From a virus (taxonomy: Duplodnaviria; Caudoviricetes), in the IMG/VR virus record IMGVR_UViG_3300044252_000020, positions 1 through 39,281 of that record: a stretch of DNA of 39,281 nt; one strand, written 5' to 3'. The translations under genes and the position numbers were made by a program. Below are positions 25,255 through 33,702 of the stretch, piece by piece (positions within the stretch are counted from its first letter, which is position 1; every line of letters begins with the position of its first letter). The notes below the pieces were generated by a model that saw only the letters and a program-made list of their open reading frames with translations, searched no databases and was not told the DNA's origin.

Positions 25255-25446
25255 CTATCGGTGACTGAAGGCGATTGCTGCGCTGATGTCTTGCGCCTCC
25301 AGGAGAGGGAAGTCCTGCAGGATCTCTTCCTGGCTGGCACCGGCTGCCAGCAGATCGAGAATGTCCTGCACACGAATCCTCAGGCCACGGATGCAGGGCT
25401 GTCCTGCACACGTCTGGGGATCGATTGTGATGCGCTCTGGCTTCAC
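25255..25446 (-). CDS. DUF433 domain protein (VapB45-like antitoxin family)
   Basis: RITIDP..CAGQPCIRGLRIRV.DILDLLAAGAS.EEIL.DFP.LE..DI.AAI; GTG start at 25446. Confidence 0.92.
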   Translation of the reverse strand: MKPERITIDPQTCAGQPCIRGLRIRVQDILDLLAAGASQEEILQDFPLLEAQDISAAIAFSHR

Positions 25447-25958
25447 CGCAGCGACCAGTGATCCGCCTTCTTCCTGATGTCCTTCTTCATGCGCACCATC
25501 ATCGAAGCCTGGACACCGATGAAGCGCATCACCGGCTGGCGCAAGGTGGCAGGCCGCTTCCATCCAGCCGCCAACATCGTCGCTGTGAGCGTTGGTGTGT
25601 CGGTCGGCTTCTTCAGGGCCTTCAGTGTTAGCACGATGGCCTCGCGTGGGTCTGTGATGTCATCGAGCGGCGGCATGCCTGCCGGGACTGTCACGTCTGG
25701 AAGCTCGCCATCCTTGCCGCGCTGTCTCTTCTTCGGCCTGCCGCCGCTTCCAGGCTGTGGCCCTGGCTTCTTCTTCCGCTGTGCCGTGTTCGCATCGAGC
25801 ATCGCATGCGCAACCTGTGCGGCACTGATGGCACGCCCGTGGCCGTTGCTCCTGGCACTGTGTTCGGCCTCGCGTCTCTGGTGCCAGCGATAGACGACCT
25901 CCAGCTCTGTGATCTGATCTCGCAGCTCCTGCAAGATGTCTTTGTTCCGTTTCGCCAT
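25443..25958 (-). CDS. Putative DNA-binding protein (coiled coil, basic linker, winged-helix-like C-terminus)
   Basis: LQELRDQITELE, RKKKPGPQPGSGGRPKK, REAIVLTLKALKKP...L...MLAAGW...WSL. Confidence 0.6.
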   Translation of the reverse strand: MAKRNKDILQELRDQITELEVVYRWHQRREAEHSARSNGHGRAISAAQVAHAMLDANTAQRKKKPGPQPGSGGRPKKRQRGKDGELPDVTVPAGMPPLDDITDPREAIVLTLKALKKPTDTPTLTATMLAAGWKRPATLRQPVMRFIGVQASMMVRMKKDIRKKADHWSLR

Positions 25959-26076
25959 TGTCGTGATGCGTCCTTTGCGCATCGTCAGTGGCTGCTGCTC
26001 GATGGCACCTGAGCCCCCTGCGCAGGTGTCTCGCCAACAGCCTGGAGAGGTCACTGCTTATACGCGGGCGCTCCAC

Positions 26077-26295
26077 TCACGAAGCCCGCTCTGGTGACAA
26101 GCCGAAGGAGCGGTCGATCTCGTCGGCCACTTCCCGCAGCTTGGCTGACAGGTATAGATGCAGGTCCAGTGGAGCCTGCACCGAGAAGCCATTGCCGTCG
26201 GCACCTTCCAACACGATCACGCATGCGCCGTTGGCGTGGGCCCGCTCGCGGACCAGTGTGCAGAGCCTGTCGTACTTTCCTGGGCCGAGTGGCAT
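26077..26295 (-). CDS. Hypothetical phage protein
   Basis: AGGAGGA RBS before MPLGPGKYD. Confidence 0.7.
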   Translation of the reverse strand: MPLGPGKYDRLCTLVRERAHANGACVIVLEGADGNGFSVQAPLDLHLYLSAKLREVADEIDRSFGLSPERAS

Positions 26296-26326
26296 CAGTC
26301 CTCCTGTGCAGCGATCATTCGGGTCC

Positions 26327-26647
26327 TCATGCGGGCTCGTTGTCCTCTTCTTCTTCCTCATCTTCGCTGCCGTCGCCGCCCGCTTCTTCCATTGTGCAGA
26401 GGACTGCATTTCCCACGATGTGATCGTTGACCAGCACGTTCGCGGCGTGAGCTGTTGCCCGATAGTTGAAGGCCAGCCCGTGCAGCTTGCCCTCTTCATT
26501 CACGATGAGCACACGCCCGTCCTGCATGTAGACCGCTTCGATGTAGCCGCCGACGTAGTGCTGCAGCTCCTGCAGCGTGAAGGATGTGCGACCGTTCTTC
26601 GGATAGATCTCCACTGCGGCCCCGTCAGTGGTCAGGAGCCACGCCAC
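26327..26647 (-). CDS. DUF3846-like protein
   Basis: FTLQELQHYVGGYIE...IVNEEGKL.GL.FN.RAT...IVGNAV. Confidence 0.85.
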   Translation of the reverse strand: MAWLLTTDGAAVEIYPKNGRTSFTLQELQHYVGGYIEAVYMQDGRVLIVNEEGKLHGLAFNYRATAHAANVLVNDHIVGNAVLCTMEEAGGDGSEDEEEEEDNEPA

Positions 26648-26660
26648 TAGTGCGGCCCCT

Positions 26661-27392
26661 TCACTTGAAATTCCCTTCGGTCATAGCCCGCATTGCTGCA
26701 TCGCTCGTCGTGTCACGACTGGGCTCGCTGTCCCCGTCCTCGGCCTGCTGCTCTGGGCTCCGGTCCTCCACGATGTCGAGCGGTTCAGGTCTGCCCTCCT
26801 GCTTTGCTGCAGCCTTCGCCATTGCCGCCCCATAGGTCCGATCTTCATCAGTGAAGTGCGGGAGCTGCAGCCCGCGCCGTTCTGCTTCCTGCTTCTGATG
26901 CGCCCAGCCCTTGAACTCTCGAATCCATTGGGGCTCGGTGTAGTAGTGATGGCGGTCGGCTACCAGGGACAGCAGGAACGACTCCGGCAGCTCCAGTGCC
27001 ACCGCCATCCGCATCAGCACATCGGGCTTCGGGATCTCGCGGCCCGTTTCGTACAGGCTCATGCGAATGGAATTGACCTGCAGCATCCTGCAGGCGCTCT
27101 CCTGCGTCAGGCTGTTCGCCTGACGCCAGGACCGCAGCAGGTGTGAGAACCACGGACGCTTCTTGAGGACTGCTCGCACGTTGGCATCGCCGGTCGGTGT
27201 CCCAGGCCTCGGCCCTGGGCGTCGTCGTCGTCGCCGGGGCAGTGGTGCAGGTTCGTCGCGGCGGGCCTCGCGTGCCAGCATTGCCTGACAGGTCTGTTTG
27301 AATCGCCGCAGCTTCTGCAGCTCCAAGGTGCCCTTGGCGATCCGTTTGTTCAGGTCTGCGATGACGGTGCGATAGTTGACTGGCTTCGGCAT
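26661..27392 (-). CDS. XRE-family HTH protein with N-terminal coiled coil
   Basis: LRSWRQANSLTQ...SLYETGREIP...L.RMAVALEL. Confidence 0.8.
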   Translation of the reverse strand: MPKPVNYRTVIADLNKRIAKGTLELQKLRRFKQTCQAMLAREARRDEPAPLPRRRRRRPGPRPGTPTGDANVRAVLKKRPWFSHLLRSWRQANSLTQESACRMLQVNSIRMSLYETGREIPKPDVLMRMAVALELPESFLLSLVADRHHYYTEPQWIREFKGWAHQKQEAERRGLQLPHFTDEDRTYGAAMAKAAAKQEGRPEPLDIVEDRSPEQQAEDGDSEPSRDTTSDAAMRAMTEGNFK

Positions 27393-27853
27393 CAGTGCGC
27401 CCCCATGTGTTGAGCAACCTGGGATTCGTGACTCCGCCGCATCCTGCTGCGCTTGCGTCGGGCTGTGTCCTCACGCTCTCTGGCGCGGGCCTTCAGCTCG
27501 CGCTGCTTCAACGCCAGGAAGGTCACGACTGCCTTCTTCTCTCCTGCCGCGTACCAGCCCGCCACGCTGAGGCCGCGATCCTGGAACACAGCGAAGAGCA
27601 CATACAGCGTGTGCACGCCCGCCTTGAAGTCTGCAAAGGAGTACGGCGAGGTCGAGGCGTGGAAATGCTTCAGGCTCTTCGCCCCCAGGTCCTTCGCCAT
27701 GCCCGAGAGAATGCTGCAGGCCCGCATCTGGAACACGCCCGCTCGCTGCAGGTCGGCGCGGGTCCAGGTGTCACTGCCAATGCGCAGCACGGGATGCTCG
27801 GTGAAGTCCCGAATGAATGTCTGGCCGAAGATCTTTCGGTCTGGTGTGTACAT
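27392..27853 (-). CDS. Hypothetical protein
   Basis: TGATG coupled on both sides. Confidence 0.7.
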   Translation of the reverse strand: MYTPDRKIFGQTFIRDFTEHPVLRIGSDTWTRADLQRAGVFQMRACSILSGMAKDLGAKSLKHFHASTSPYSFADFKAGVHTLYVLFAVFQDRGLSVAGWYAAGEKKAVVTFLALKQRELKARAREREDTARRKRSRMRRSHESQVAQHMGAH

Positions 27854-28245
27854 CAGGCAGTCCTCTTCAGTGGCTTCTGTTTCCGACGTGGGCTCGGCAC
27901 GATGCTGTGCTCTGACATGCAGAGCAGCAGCGCGTGCGAGAGTTCTGTGCGCTTGCGCAGTTCGCGCACGAGGCGTTCTTCTTCGGCGGTCAGGTCCAGG
28001 ATGCGCGGACGAGCTGCCGGATCAGCGATTAGCTCCACGATGCTCAGGCCCAGAGCCTGCGCGACGGCAGCCACCGTACCGACCTGCATTCCCATTCGGC
28101 CACATAGCAGCTTCCAGACCCGTGATTGCGGCCACTTCTCGTGTGTGATGTGTGCCAGTCGGCGGCCAAGTTCCCGCTGCGTCAATCCAGATTCATCCGT
28201 CGCGTGTCGTAACCGCCCTCGAATTAGTGCGTTGTAGTTCTTCAT
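27853..28245 (-). CDS. XRE-family HTH repressor (CI-like, no peptidase domain)
   Basis: GLTQRELGRRL...QSRVWKL..G...VAQALGLSIVEL; divergent from the Cro-like gene. Confidence 0.8.
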   Translation of the reverse strand: MKNYNALIRGRLRHATDESGLTQRELGRRLAHITHEKWPQSRVWKLLCGRMGMQVGTVAAVAQALGLSIVELIADPAARPRILDLTAEEERLVRELRKRTELSHALLLCMSEHSIVPSPRRKQKPLKRTA

Positions 28246-28268
28246 GTCCGCCCCCTGATCGGCAGGAT

Positions 28269-28376
28269 GTTATACCAGTTTGGTATGAGCGTCTAGCGCA
28301 ATTTGTGGAGACGTGATAGGCCAGTTTTCCGAACGATTTTGCAATGTCTTGACGCATGATACCCGCCCGTCATACT
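28269..28376. promoter_or_regulatory. Divergent immunity-region promoters and operator
   Basis: Rightward TTGACG(28349)-N16-CATACT(28371); leftward extended -10 TGGTATAAC (28277-28269); inverted repeat ATACCA-N3-TGGTAT (28272-28286). Confidence 0.6.
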
Positions 28377-28532
28377 TTTCGCAGCCTTGCTGGTGGATGC
28401 GCCGATACTGATTGAAGGTCAGCCGTTTACCCGCAGGGCTGGGAGCTATGCCGCCGCTTGCAGGCCCAGGGCAGGCGACGATCTTGCTACCGGCATGTTT
28501 CACCTGTGACGACTCGGAAGGAGCGGCGCACG

Positions 28533-28766
28533 TTGCCGACCAAACCCAATCGGCGGCGTCGGCGCACTGCAGGCCTCCCGCTGTTGCTGACAGAGTTCCG
28601 TGAAGAGCGGAAGCTGTCACAGCAGAAGATGGCGGAACTCTTCGAGATCTCACAGGTCGAGTACTGCCGCATCGAGACAGGTGAACGCAGGCCGACACCT
28701 GCTCTCGCCGCCCGCATTCAAAAGGTGACGGGCTTCTCGCTCGCTTTTCTCCTGGGCGTGGAGTAA
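28533..28766 (+). CDS. Cro-like XRE HTH regulator
   Basis: FREERKLSQQKMAELFEISQ..YCRIETGERRP; AAGGAG RBS before TTG 28533. Confidence 0.85.
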   Translation: MPTKPNRRRRRTAGLPLLLTEFREERKLSQQKMAELFEISQVEYCRIETGERRPTPALAARIQKVTGFSLAFLLGVE

Positions 28767-29017
28767 TGCACGCCATGCCGCCGACCCCGATCAAGACTCA
28801 GCCTCGCTGCTACACGCTGAAGCAGGTCCTCGTGCTGCTGGAGCTGCCCCGGCGCACGTTCACGCGGCTGCGCAGTCGCGGCGCGTTGCCCTTCCTGGAA
28901 GAACTGCTCCCGCGCATCGGGCACAGTCCCCGCTACAAAGCTGAACCGATAGATCGATACCTGGAGGGCCAATGGACTCGGCCCGTTCGCTTCTTCGGTC
29001 GGCGGCGAGCGTCGTAG
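28766..29017 (+). CDS. Excisionase/AlpA-like HTH protein
   Basis: YTLKQV..LL.LPRRTF.RL...G.LP...PRIG...RY....IDRYL. Confidence 0.7.
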   Translation: MHAMPPTPIKTQPRCYTLKQVLVLLELPRRTFTRLRSRGALPFLEELLPRIGHSPRYKAEPIDRYLEGQWTRPVRFFGRRRAS

Positions 29018-29151
29018 CCCGCGCCATTTCGTGGCTGCTCACCATGGTGCGCCGGAACCGCACACAGCAGGAGCAGCAACGGCTGGCCTCGCTCGGGCTC
29101 TGCCTCCATCACCGTCAGTACTACTCAGGGAAGGACGATCATGCCGACTGA
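28972..29151 (+). CDS. Small hypothetical protein (59 aa, not in ORF track)
   Basis: GGAGG RBS before ATG 28972; bridges the gap to bet. Confidence 0.45.
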   Translation: MDSARSLLRSAASVVARAISWLLTMVRRNRTQQEQQRLASLGLCLHHRQYYSGKDDHAD

Positions 29152-30406
29152 AGTTCTCGACCAGGAGCCACCGCAGGCACTGCAGCGCAGCAGCGGCGGC
29201 GTGCCGGAAGCCGTGGCGCAGCGCGGGATGAATATCTCGCAATGGCGTGCGCTCTTTGCGCTCTTCCCAGGTGCAAAGCCTGACACGATCCTGCTGGTCT
29301 ACGACTACTGCAAAGCCCGACACCTGGACCCATTCAAGAAGCCCTGCCACATCGTGCCGATGCGCGTGAAGGTCGGCAACGATTGGGTCTGGCGTGATCA
29401 GATCCTGCCGGGGATCTACGAGTACCGGATCACCGCGCATCGCACAGGCCTGTACCTGGGACACACGAAGCCGACCTATGGCCCGCTGACAACCTTCCTC
29501 GGCGTGCGTGCGCCGGAATGGTGCGAGCTGATTGTCATTCGCTGGAGTCGTGAGGCCCGAGAGCGTGTCGAATTTCCGGTGCGTGTGCTCTTCAGCGAAG
29601 TCGTGGCCACGTTCACGGATCGCAACGAGAAAACGGAAAAGGTCAACGACCGCTGGTCCCGTGCGCCGGTTCAGATGCTGACGAAATGCACAGAGGCGGC
29701 AGGCCTGCGCGAAGCCTTCCCCGAAGAGATCGGCGGCCTGCCCACAGCAGAGGAAATGCAAACGTATGACAGTCGTGTGGAGCTGGAGCCCGAGCCCGCC
29801 GCCGCAGCCCCGCCCCCGCCTGTGCGTCGCAGCCTCAAGTCAGTGCAGGAGCAGCCGGAGATCGAGGACGTGCAGGACCAGGACGACGAGGACCTGCTGC
29901 CGGTGGACAGACCGCCCGCCACGAATCCGACCATCGAGGCCCAGCATGCTGCTGATCGTGCTGCGGCCAGTCTACGCACCGCCCCTCCAGACTTCCTGGA
30001 GAACGAACTGCCAGAGCCTGCTGCGCCTGCTCCTGCGAAACGGGAGCGCACATCCGCCGCTGCGACCAGTGGCACGCCCGCTCCCGCTCGCCCCCAGAGC
30101 AGAGCGCATGCGGACTCTGGCAGAACACCATCATCGGGCATCAGTGGCACGCATGAAGATGTTGCGATCATCGACACGAATTATCAAACGCCGAAGGGCG
30201 AAGATGCCTTCTACGAGATCATCGGTCGCGTGCAGCGTGAAGGCACAGCACCGGTCGGCTATCCGTACCGCACAACAGACAAGGCCCTCTACGAGCTGGC
30301 CTCCAGTGCTGAGGGCACTGGGCAATTGTTCCGCGTGACCTGGAGTCAAGGCGAACGCCCGGACGGATCGAAGTGCAAGATCATCGAGTCCCTGGCTGCG
30401 ATGTAG
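29141..30406 (+). CDS. bet: Single-strand annealing recombinase (Bet/RecT family) with long C-terminal extension
   Basis: YCKARHLDPFKKPCHIVPM, GIYEYRITAHRTG.Y.G, W...P.QML.KC.EAAGLREAFPEE.GG. Confidence 0.92.
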   Translation: MPTEVLDQEPPQALQRSSGGVPEAVAQRGMNISQWRALFALFPGAKPDTILLVYDYCKARHLDPFKKPCHIVPMRVKVGNDWVWRDQILPGIYEYRITAHRTGLYLGHTKPTYGPLTTFLGVRAPEWCELIVIRWSREARERVEFPVRVLFSEVVATFTDRNEKTEKVNDRWSRAPVQMLTKCTEAAGLREAFPEEIGGLPTAEEMQTYDSRVELEPEPAAAAPPPPVRRSLKSVQEQPEIEDVQDQDDEDLLPVDRPPATNPTIEAQHAADRAAASLRTAPPDFLENELPEPAAPAPAKRERTSAAATSGTPAPARPQSRAHADSGRTPSSGISGTHEDVAIIDTNYQTPKGEDAFYEIIGRVQREGTAPVGYPYRTTDKALYELASSAEGTGQLFRVTWSQGERPDGSKCKIIESLAAM

Positions 30407-30410
30407 GACG

Positions 30411-31115
30411 ATGACCAGCAACCGCCGTCGCTGGCTCCGGGATGAGATCGTGACGCACCGCGTTCGCCACAACACCTTCGACGCCGAGCAGCATCTGTAC
30501 AAGACCGATGGCGTGGCCCTGACCAGCGTCACGCAGGCACTGACCGATGCAGGGCTGATCGACTTCTCACATGTGCCCCCGCTCACGCTGCAGGCGGCCC
30601 AGGAGCGCGGGACATACGTGCATCAGGTCCTGCACTATCTGCTCGAAGGCGACTATGACCTGGACGACTGCCACGAATCCTTCCGGGGCTATGTGGACTC
30701 AGCCCTCTATTACCTGGACGAACTGAAGAAGAAGCCCCTGCGGGATGAGCAGGGCAAAGCCATCGCCGTCGAGTACCGCTTCTGGCATGTGAAGAAGATG
30801 TTCGCCGGGACCATGGATTACGTGGGCTGGGATGCGGACGGGACCATGAGTATCGATGACTGGAAAACGGGCCAGCCTTCCGATGTGGCCGCACCGCTGC
30901 AGCTTGCAGCCTACGAAGAAGGGCTGCGCGAGTGCCTGCTGCCAACATTGCCGACGCCGTACTCCGGGCGCATTCGACGCCGCGCCGTGAAGCTGTTTGC
31001 CGACGGGGCTCCTGGTCGGCCCGAACTGTACGACGACCCACGAGATCTGCCGACCTTCTATGCCGCGCTGACGGTGGCGAACTACAAACGCAACGGACGG
31101 AGGCATGCCGCATGA
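30411..31115 (+). CDS. PD-(D/E)XK exonuclease
   Basis: SVTQ, RGT.VH, VE, AGTMD, DWKTG, QLAAY; follows bet. Confidence 0.88.
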   Translation: MTSNRRRWLRDEIVTHRVRHNTFDAEQHLYKTDGVALTSVTQALTDAGLIDFSHVPPLTLQAAQERGTYVHQVLHYLLEGDYDLDDCHESFRGYVDSALYYLDELKKKPLRDEQGKAIAVEYRFWHVKKMFAGTMDYVGWDADGTMSIDDWKTGQPSDVAAPLQLAAYEEGLRECLLPTLPTPYSGRIRRRAVKLFADGAPGRPELYDDPRDLPTFYAALTVANYKRNGRRHAA

Positions 31116-31140
31116 CACCTGACGACCGCAGGAGGGCAGC

Positions 31141-31245
31141 GTGTACGTTGACAAGCGCAAGTTAGAACGGCAGCGCATCGCGCTAGGACTGCGCCCGCGC
31201 ACGCTCTACGGCTGGTGCTGGTGGGTTCGCTTCTGGTGGCTGTGA
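31141..31245 (+). CDS. 34-aa cationic Trp-rich peptide (not in ORF track)
   Basis: AGGAGG RBS, GTG start, MYVDKRKLERQRIALGLRPRTLYGWCWWVRFWWL, TGATG overlap with next gene. Confidence 0.6.
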   Translation: MYVDKRKLERQRIALGLRPRTLYGWCWWVRFWWL

Positions 31246-31436
31246 TGAACCTGACGACCATCGAACTGGCAGGCCTCATCGTGGATGCCGTGCGCAAGCA
31301 ACGCACGCGCAAGGCCGCCACGCTCGCGGTGCTGGAGACACTGCGCGAACATCATGCATGGCTGCGGCGGATGGATGTGGACCGCGATGGCCTGGAGTCC
31401 GAAGGGCATTGGCTGGAGGACACGCCGCAGAAGTGA
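31245..31436 (+). CDS. Hypothetical protein
   Basis: MNLTTIELAG... coupled on both sides. Confidence 0.55.
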   Translation: MNLTTIELAGLIVDAVRKQRTRKAATLAVLETLREHHAWLRRMDVDRDGLESEGHWLEDTPQK

Positions 31437-31891
31437 GCAGAAGTGCGCACTGGTGGCTGACGAAGGATGGCGACAGAGCATGCCTGGATCTGTATGAACG
31501 GCACTACTCCGCATATCGCTACCGCGATGGCCGCACGCGCCGACTGTTCGTCGGACCTGGAGACAAGCTCGTGCTGCGCACCGCAGACGGGCGAGCCTTC
31601 TTCGTCTGGCGACTGTTCGCAGACCAGTGCCTCGATGCGCGGACAGGGCAGGCACAAGAGGGCGTCAACTGCGCCGCGTTCAGGAACGAAGGAACGTGCC
31701 GCAGCTCGGACCTTATACGTCAGGCGGATGCAATTGCTGATGCGTGCTGGCCTCATCGCAGGCACTACACCTATATCGACCCGACAGGGATCAGGTCAGA
31801 CATACCTGGATATTGTTTTCGACGTGCAGGCTGGAGACGCTGCGGGACCACAGGCAAAGGGCTCGCAATCCTGGAGAGGCGACCACGATGA
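31433..31891 (+). CDS. Mom/XF1762-like GNAT-fold DNA modification protein
   Basis: ERHYS...SSDLIRQA...TYID...PGYCFRRAGW...GTT pattern of Mom-related proteins. Confidence 0.6.
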   Translation: MSRSAHWWLTKDGDRACLDLYERHYSAYRYRDGRTRRLFVGPGDKLVLRTADGRAFFVWRLFADQCLDARTGQAQEGVNCAAFRNEGTCRSSDLIRQADAIADACWPHRRHYTYIDPTGIRSDIPGYCFRRAGWRRCGTTGKGLAILERRPR

Positions 31892-32148
31892 CACCGACTG
31901 ACAACATTGTTCAGGATGCCTGGGACAAGTTTCGTGAGCTGACGATCCCGCCAGGAGCCACGCCTGCACAACTGGACGACATGCAGCGGGCCTTCTATGC
32001 CGGGGCACTGGTCCTCTATACCTCCGTCCTGCTGATCGGTCAGCCCTCTGTCAGTGAGGACGTGGGCGAACAACTAATCGGCAGCATCGGGCGTGAGCTG
32101 GAGAGCTACACCGCAACACTGCACGCACAGCAGCAGCCGAGGAACTAA
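31888..32148 (+). CDS. Conserved phage hypothetical protein
   Basis: W..F....P..A...Q...M.RAFYAGA motif. Confidence 0.75.
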   Translation: MTPTDNIVQDAWDKFRELTIPPGATPAQLDDMQRAFYAGALVLYTSVLLIGQPSVSEDVGEQLIGSIGRELESYTATLHAQQQPRN

Positions 32149-32873
32149 TGGAAACGACGAAGGATGTCCGACAGGCAGTCGTGCTGCTTGAGCCACCATC
32201 ACGCCGCGAGCTGGAGGCAGAACGCGATGCGCTGATCAGAGCCAGCGTGCTGCCGGATGTCATCACCACGCCTGACCAGTACACCGAGGTCGCAGAGATC
32301 GAGGCCCAGGCAGGCCGCTTCCTGTCCCGCGTCGAACCGGTATTCAAGCAGCACACGCAGACGGTGCATCGCGCATGGCGTGAGGCCTGTGCGATCTCTG
32401 CCCTCTTCCTGGATGGCCCGCAGAAGCTGAAGGGCCGCTGTCGGCAGCTCCTGGGCGACTTCAAGGATCGAGAAGTGGCCGAGCGCAGAGCCCGCGAGCG
32501 GGAAGAGGCTGAGCGTGATCAGCAGCGACGACAGCAAGACCAGGAAGCTGAAGCGAACCTGCTCGACGCCCAGGGACAGCACGAGATGGCAGAAGCCCTG
32601 CGCTCTGATCCTGTGGACGCAGTGCCGATCACGCAGCCGTCCTCACTGCCGGATGTCGGGCTCACGTTTCGTGAAGAGTGGAGCTGGAGCCCTGTCGGTG
32701 GCGACACGCCCGCCAATCGGCGGCGGGCTCTGTCCATGCTGGTGCGTGCAGACTTCGTGCAATTCGTGGACTTCAACGACGGAGCCCTGACAGCCTTCGC
32801 CAAACGCTCGAAGGGCACAGTGAAGGTTCCGGGGATCGTGTTCTTTTCCAGGCAGGTGCCTGTTCGGCGGTGA
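32148..32873 (+). CDS. Coiled-coil phage protein
   Basis: Charged helical middle, C-terminal VPGIVFF; GAGGA RBS. Confidence 0.75.
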   Translation: METTKDVRQAVVLLEPPSRRELEAERDALIRASVLPDVITTPDQYTEVAEIEAQAGRFLSRVEPVFKQHTQTVHRAWREACAISALFLDGPQKLKGRCRQLLGDFKDREVAERRAREREEAERDQQRRQQDQEAEANLLDAQGQHEMAEALRSDPVDAVPITQPSSLPDVGLTFREEWSWSPVGGDTPANRRRALSMLVRADFVQFVDFNDGALTAFAKRSKGTVKVPGIVFFSRQVPVRR

Positions 32874-32875
32874 GT

Positions 32876-33232
32876 ATGCCATCAGCGGACGACATCGGGC
32901 GCAGTCGTTATCCCTTCATGCCGTTCTACGTGGACGACTGGCTGTCATCCGATGCGGTGGAGTCCTTCACAGTGGAGCAACAGGGCGTGTACTTGAATCT
33001 GCTGCTGCGGCAGTGGCGCTCGAAGGATGGATACCTGCCGAAGGATGACGCCACGCTTGCTCGCTGGTCCCGGCTCGGAGCTCGCTGGGCCAAAGTCGGG
33101 CGGCCTGTCCTGGAACGCTGCTTCGTGGAGCGGGCAGGCGGCTGGGTCAATTTGCGGTGTCGCAAGGTCTGGGAAGAAGTGAAGGACCGCAGTGCGCAGG
33201 CGAAGCGTGCTGCCGAGGCTCGCTGGAAATGA
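32876..33232 (+). CDS. DUF1376 (YdaU-like) replication initiator, N-terminal domain only
   Basis: PFMPFYVDDWL...EQQGVYL.LL..QW...LP.DD..LAR...W.N.R...AAEARW then stop. Confidence 0.88.
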   Translation: MPSADDIGRSRYPFMPFYVDDWLSSDAVESFTVEQQGVYLNLLLRQWRSKDGYLPKDDATLARWSRLGARWAKVGRPVLERCFVERAGGWVNLRCRKVWEEVKDRSAQAKRAAEARWK

Positions 33233-33702
33233 ATCCGCAAGGGCGGTGTCTGTTCTGCGGTGGAGTCCTGACAGGCCCTGATCACTGGCTGCAGTGCGAC
33301 GGGCGTCAGGGCGCACTGGAGGCCCGCGAGCACACAGCCTGCACCGATCCCGCCTGCGTGATCTGTCCGGTCCTGGATGCAGCGCGGGCGCATCGCGTGA
33401 CAGAGCAAGCGGTCGCCCGCAGCACTGAGCATGCGCCGACAGACATCAGCGAGCAGGCACGACAGGCAGTCACTGCAGTCGCTCAGCGACAAGACACACT
33501 GACCAGCGATGACGTGTGGTCCGAGATGGGCCGCGATGTGATGCGCGAGTGGAATCCTTCAGCCCTCGGTGGCGTGTTCCGCTCACTGGCCCGCGACGGC
33601 GTGATCCTGCTGACTGATGAACGGCGCGAATCGCAGCGGCCTGCACACCATCGGAAGCCCCTGCGCGTGTGGCGCTCGCTGATCTATCGGGAGGCCTCGT
33701 GA
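33229..33702 (+). CDS. Cys-rich N-terminus plus winged-helix-like protein
   Basis: CxxC motifs; TSDDVW...ALGGVF..LA..GVI...R.S.R...H.KPLRVW. Confidence 0.7.
   Translation: MNPQGRCLFCGGVLTGPDHWLQCDGRQGALEAREHTACTDPACVICPVLDAARAHRVTEQAVARSTEHAPTDISEQARQAVTAVAQRQDTLTSDDVWSEMGRDVMREWNPSALGGVFRSLARDGVILLTDERRESQRPAHHRKPLRVWRSLIYREAS

Noticed and set aside
25198-25255. c-di-GMP-I riboswitch-like GGCAAA start
   Set aside because: Lacks the GNRA-capped P2 and GACGCAAA/P3 elements; better explained as a minus-strand terminator
31148-31176. Perfect TTGACA boxes at 31148 and 39208
   Set aside because: No -10 hexamer at 16-18 nt spacing
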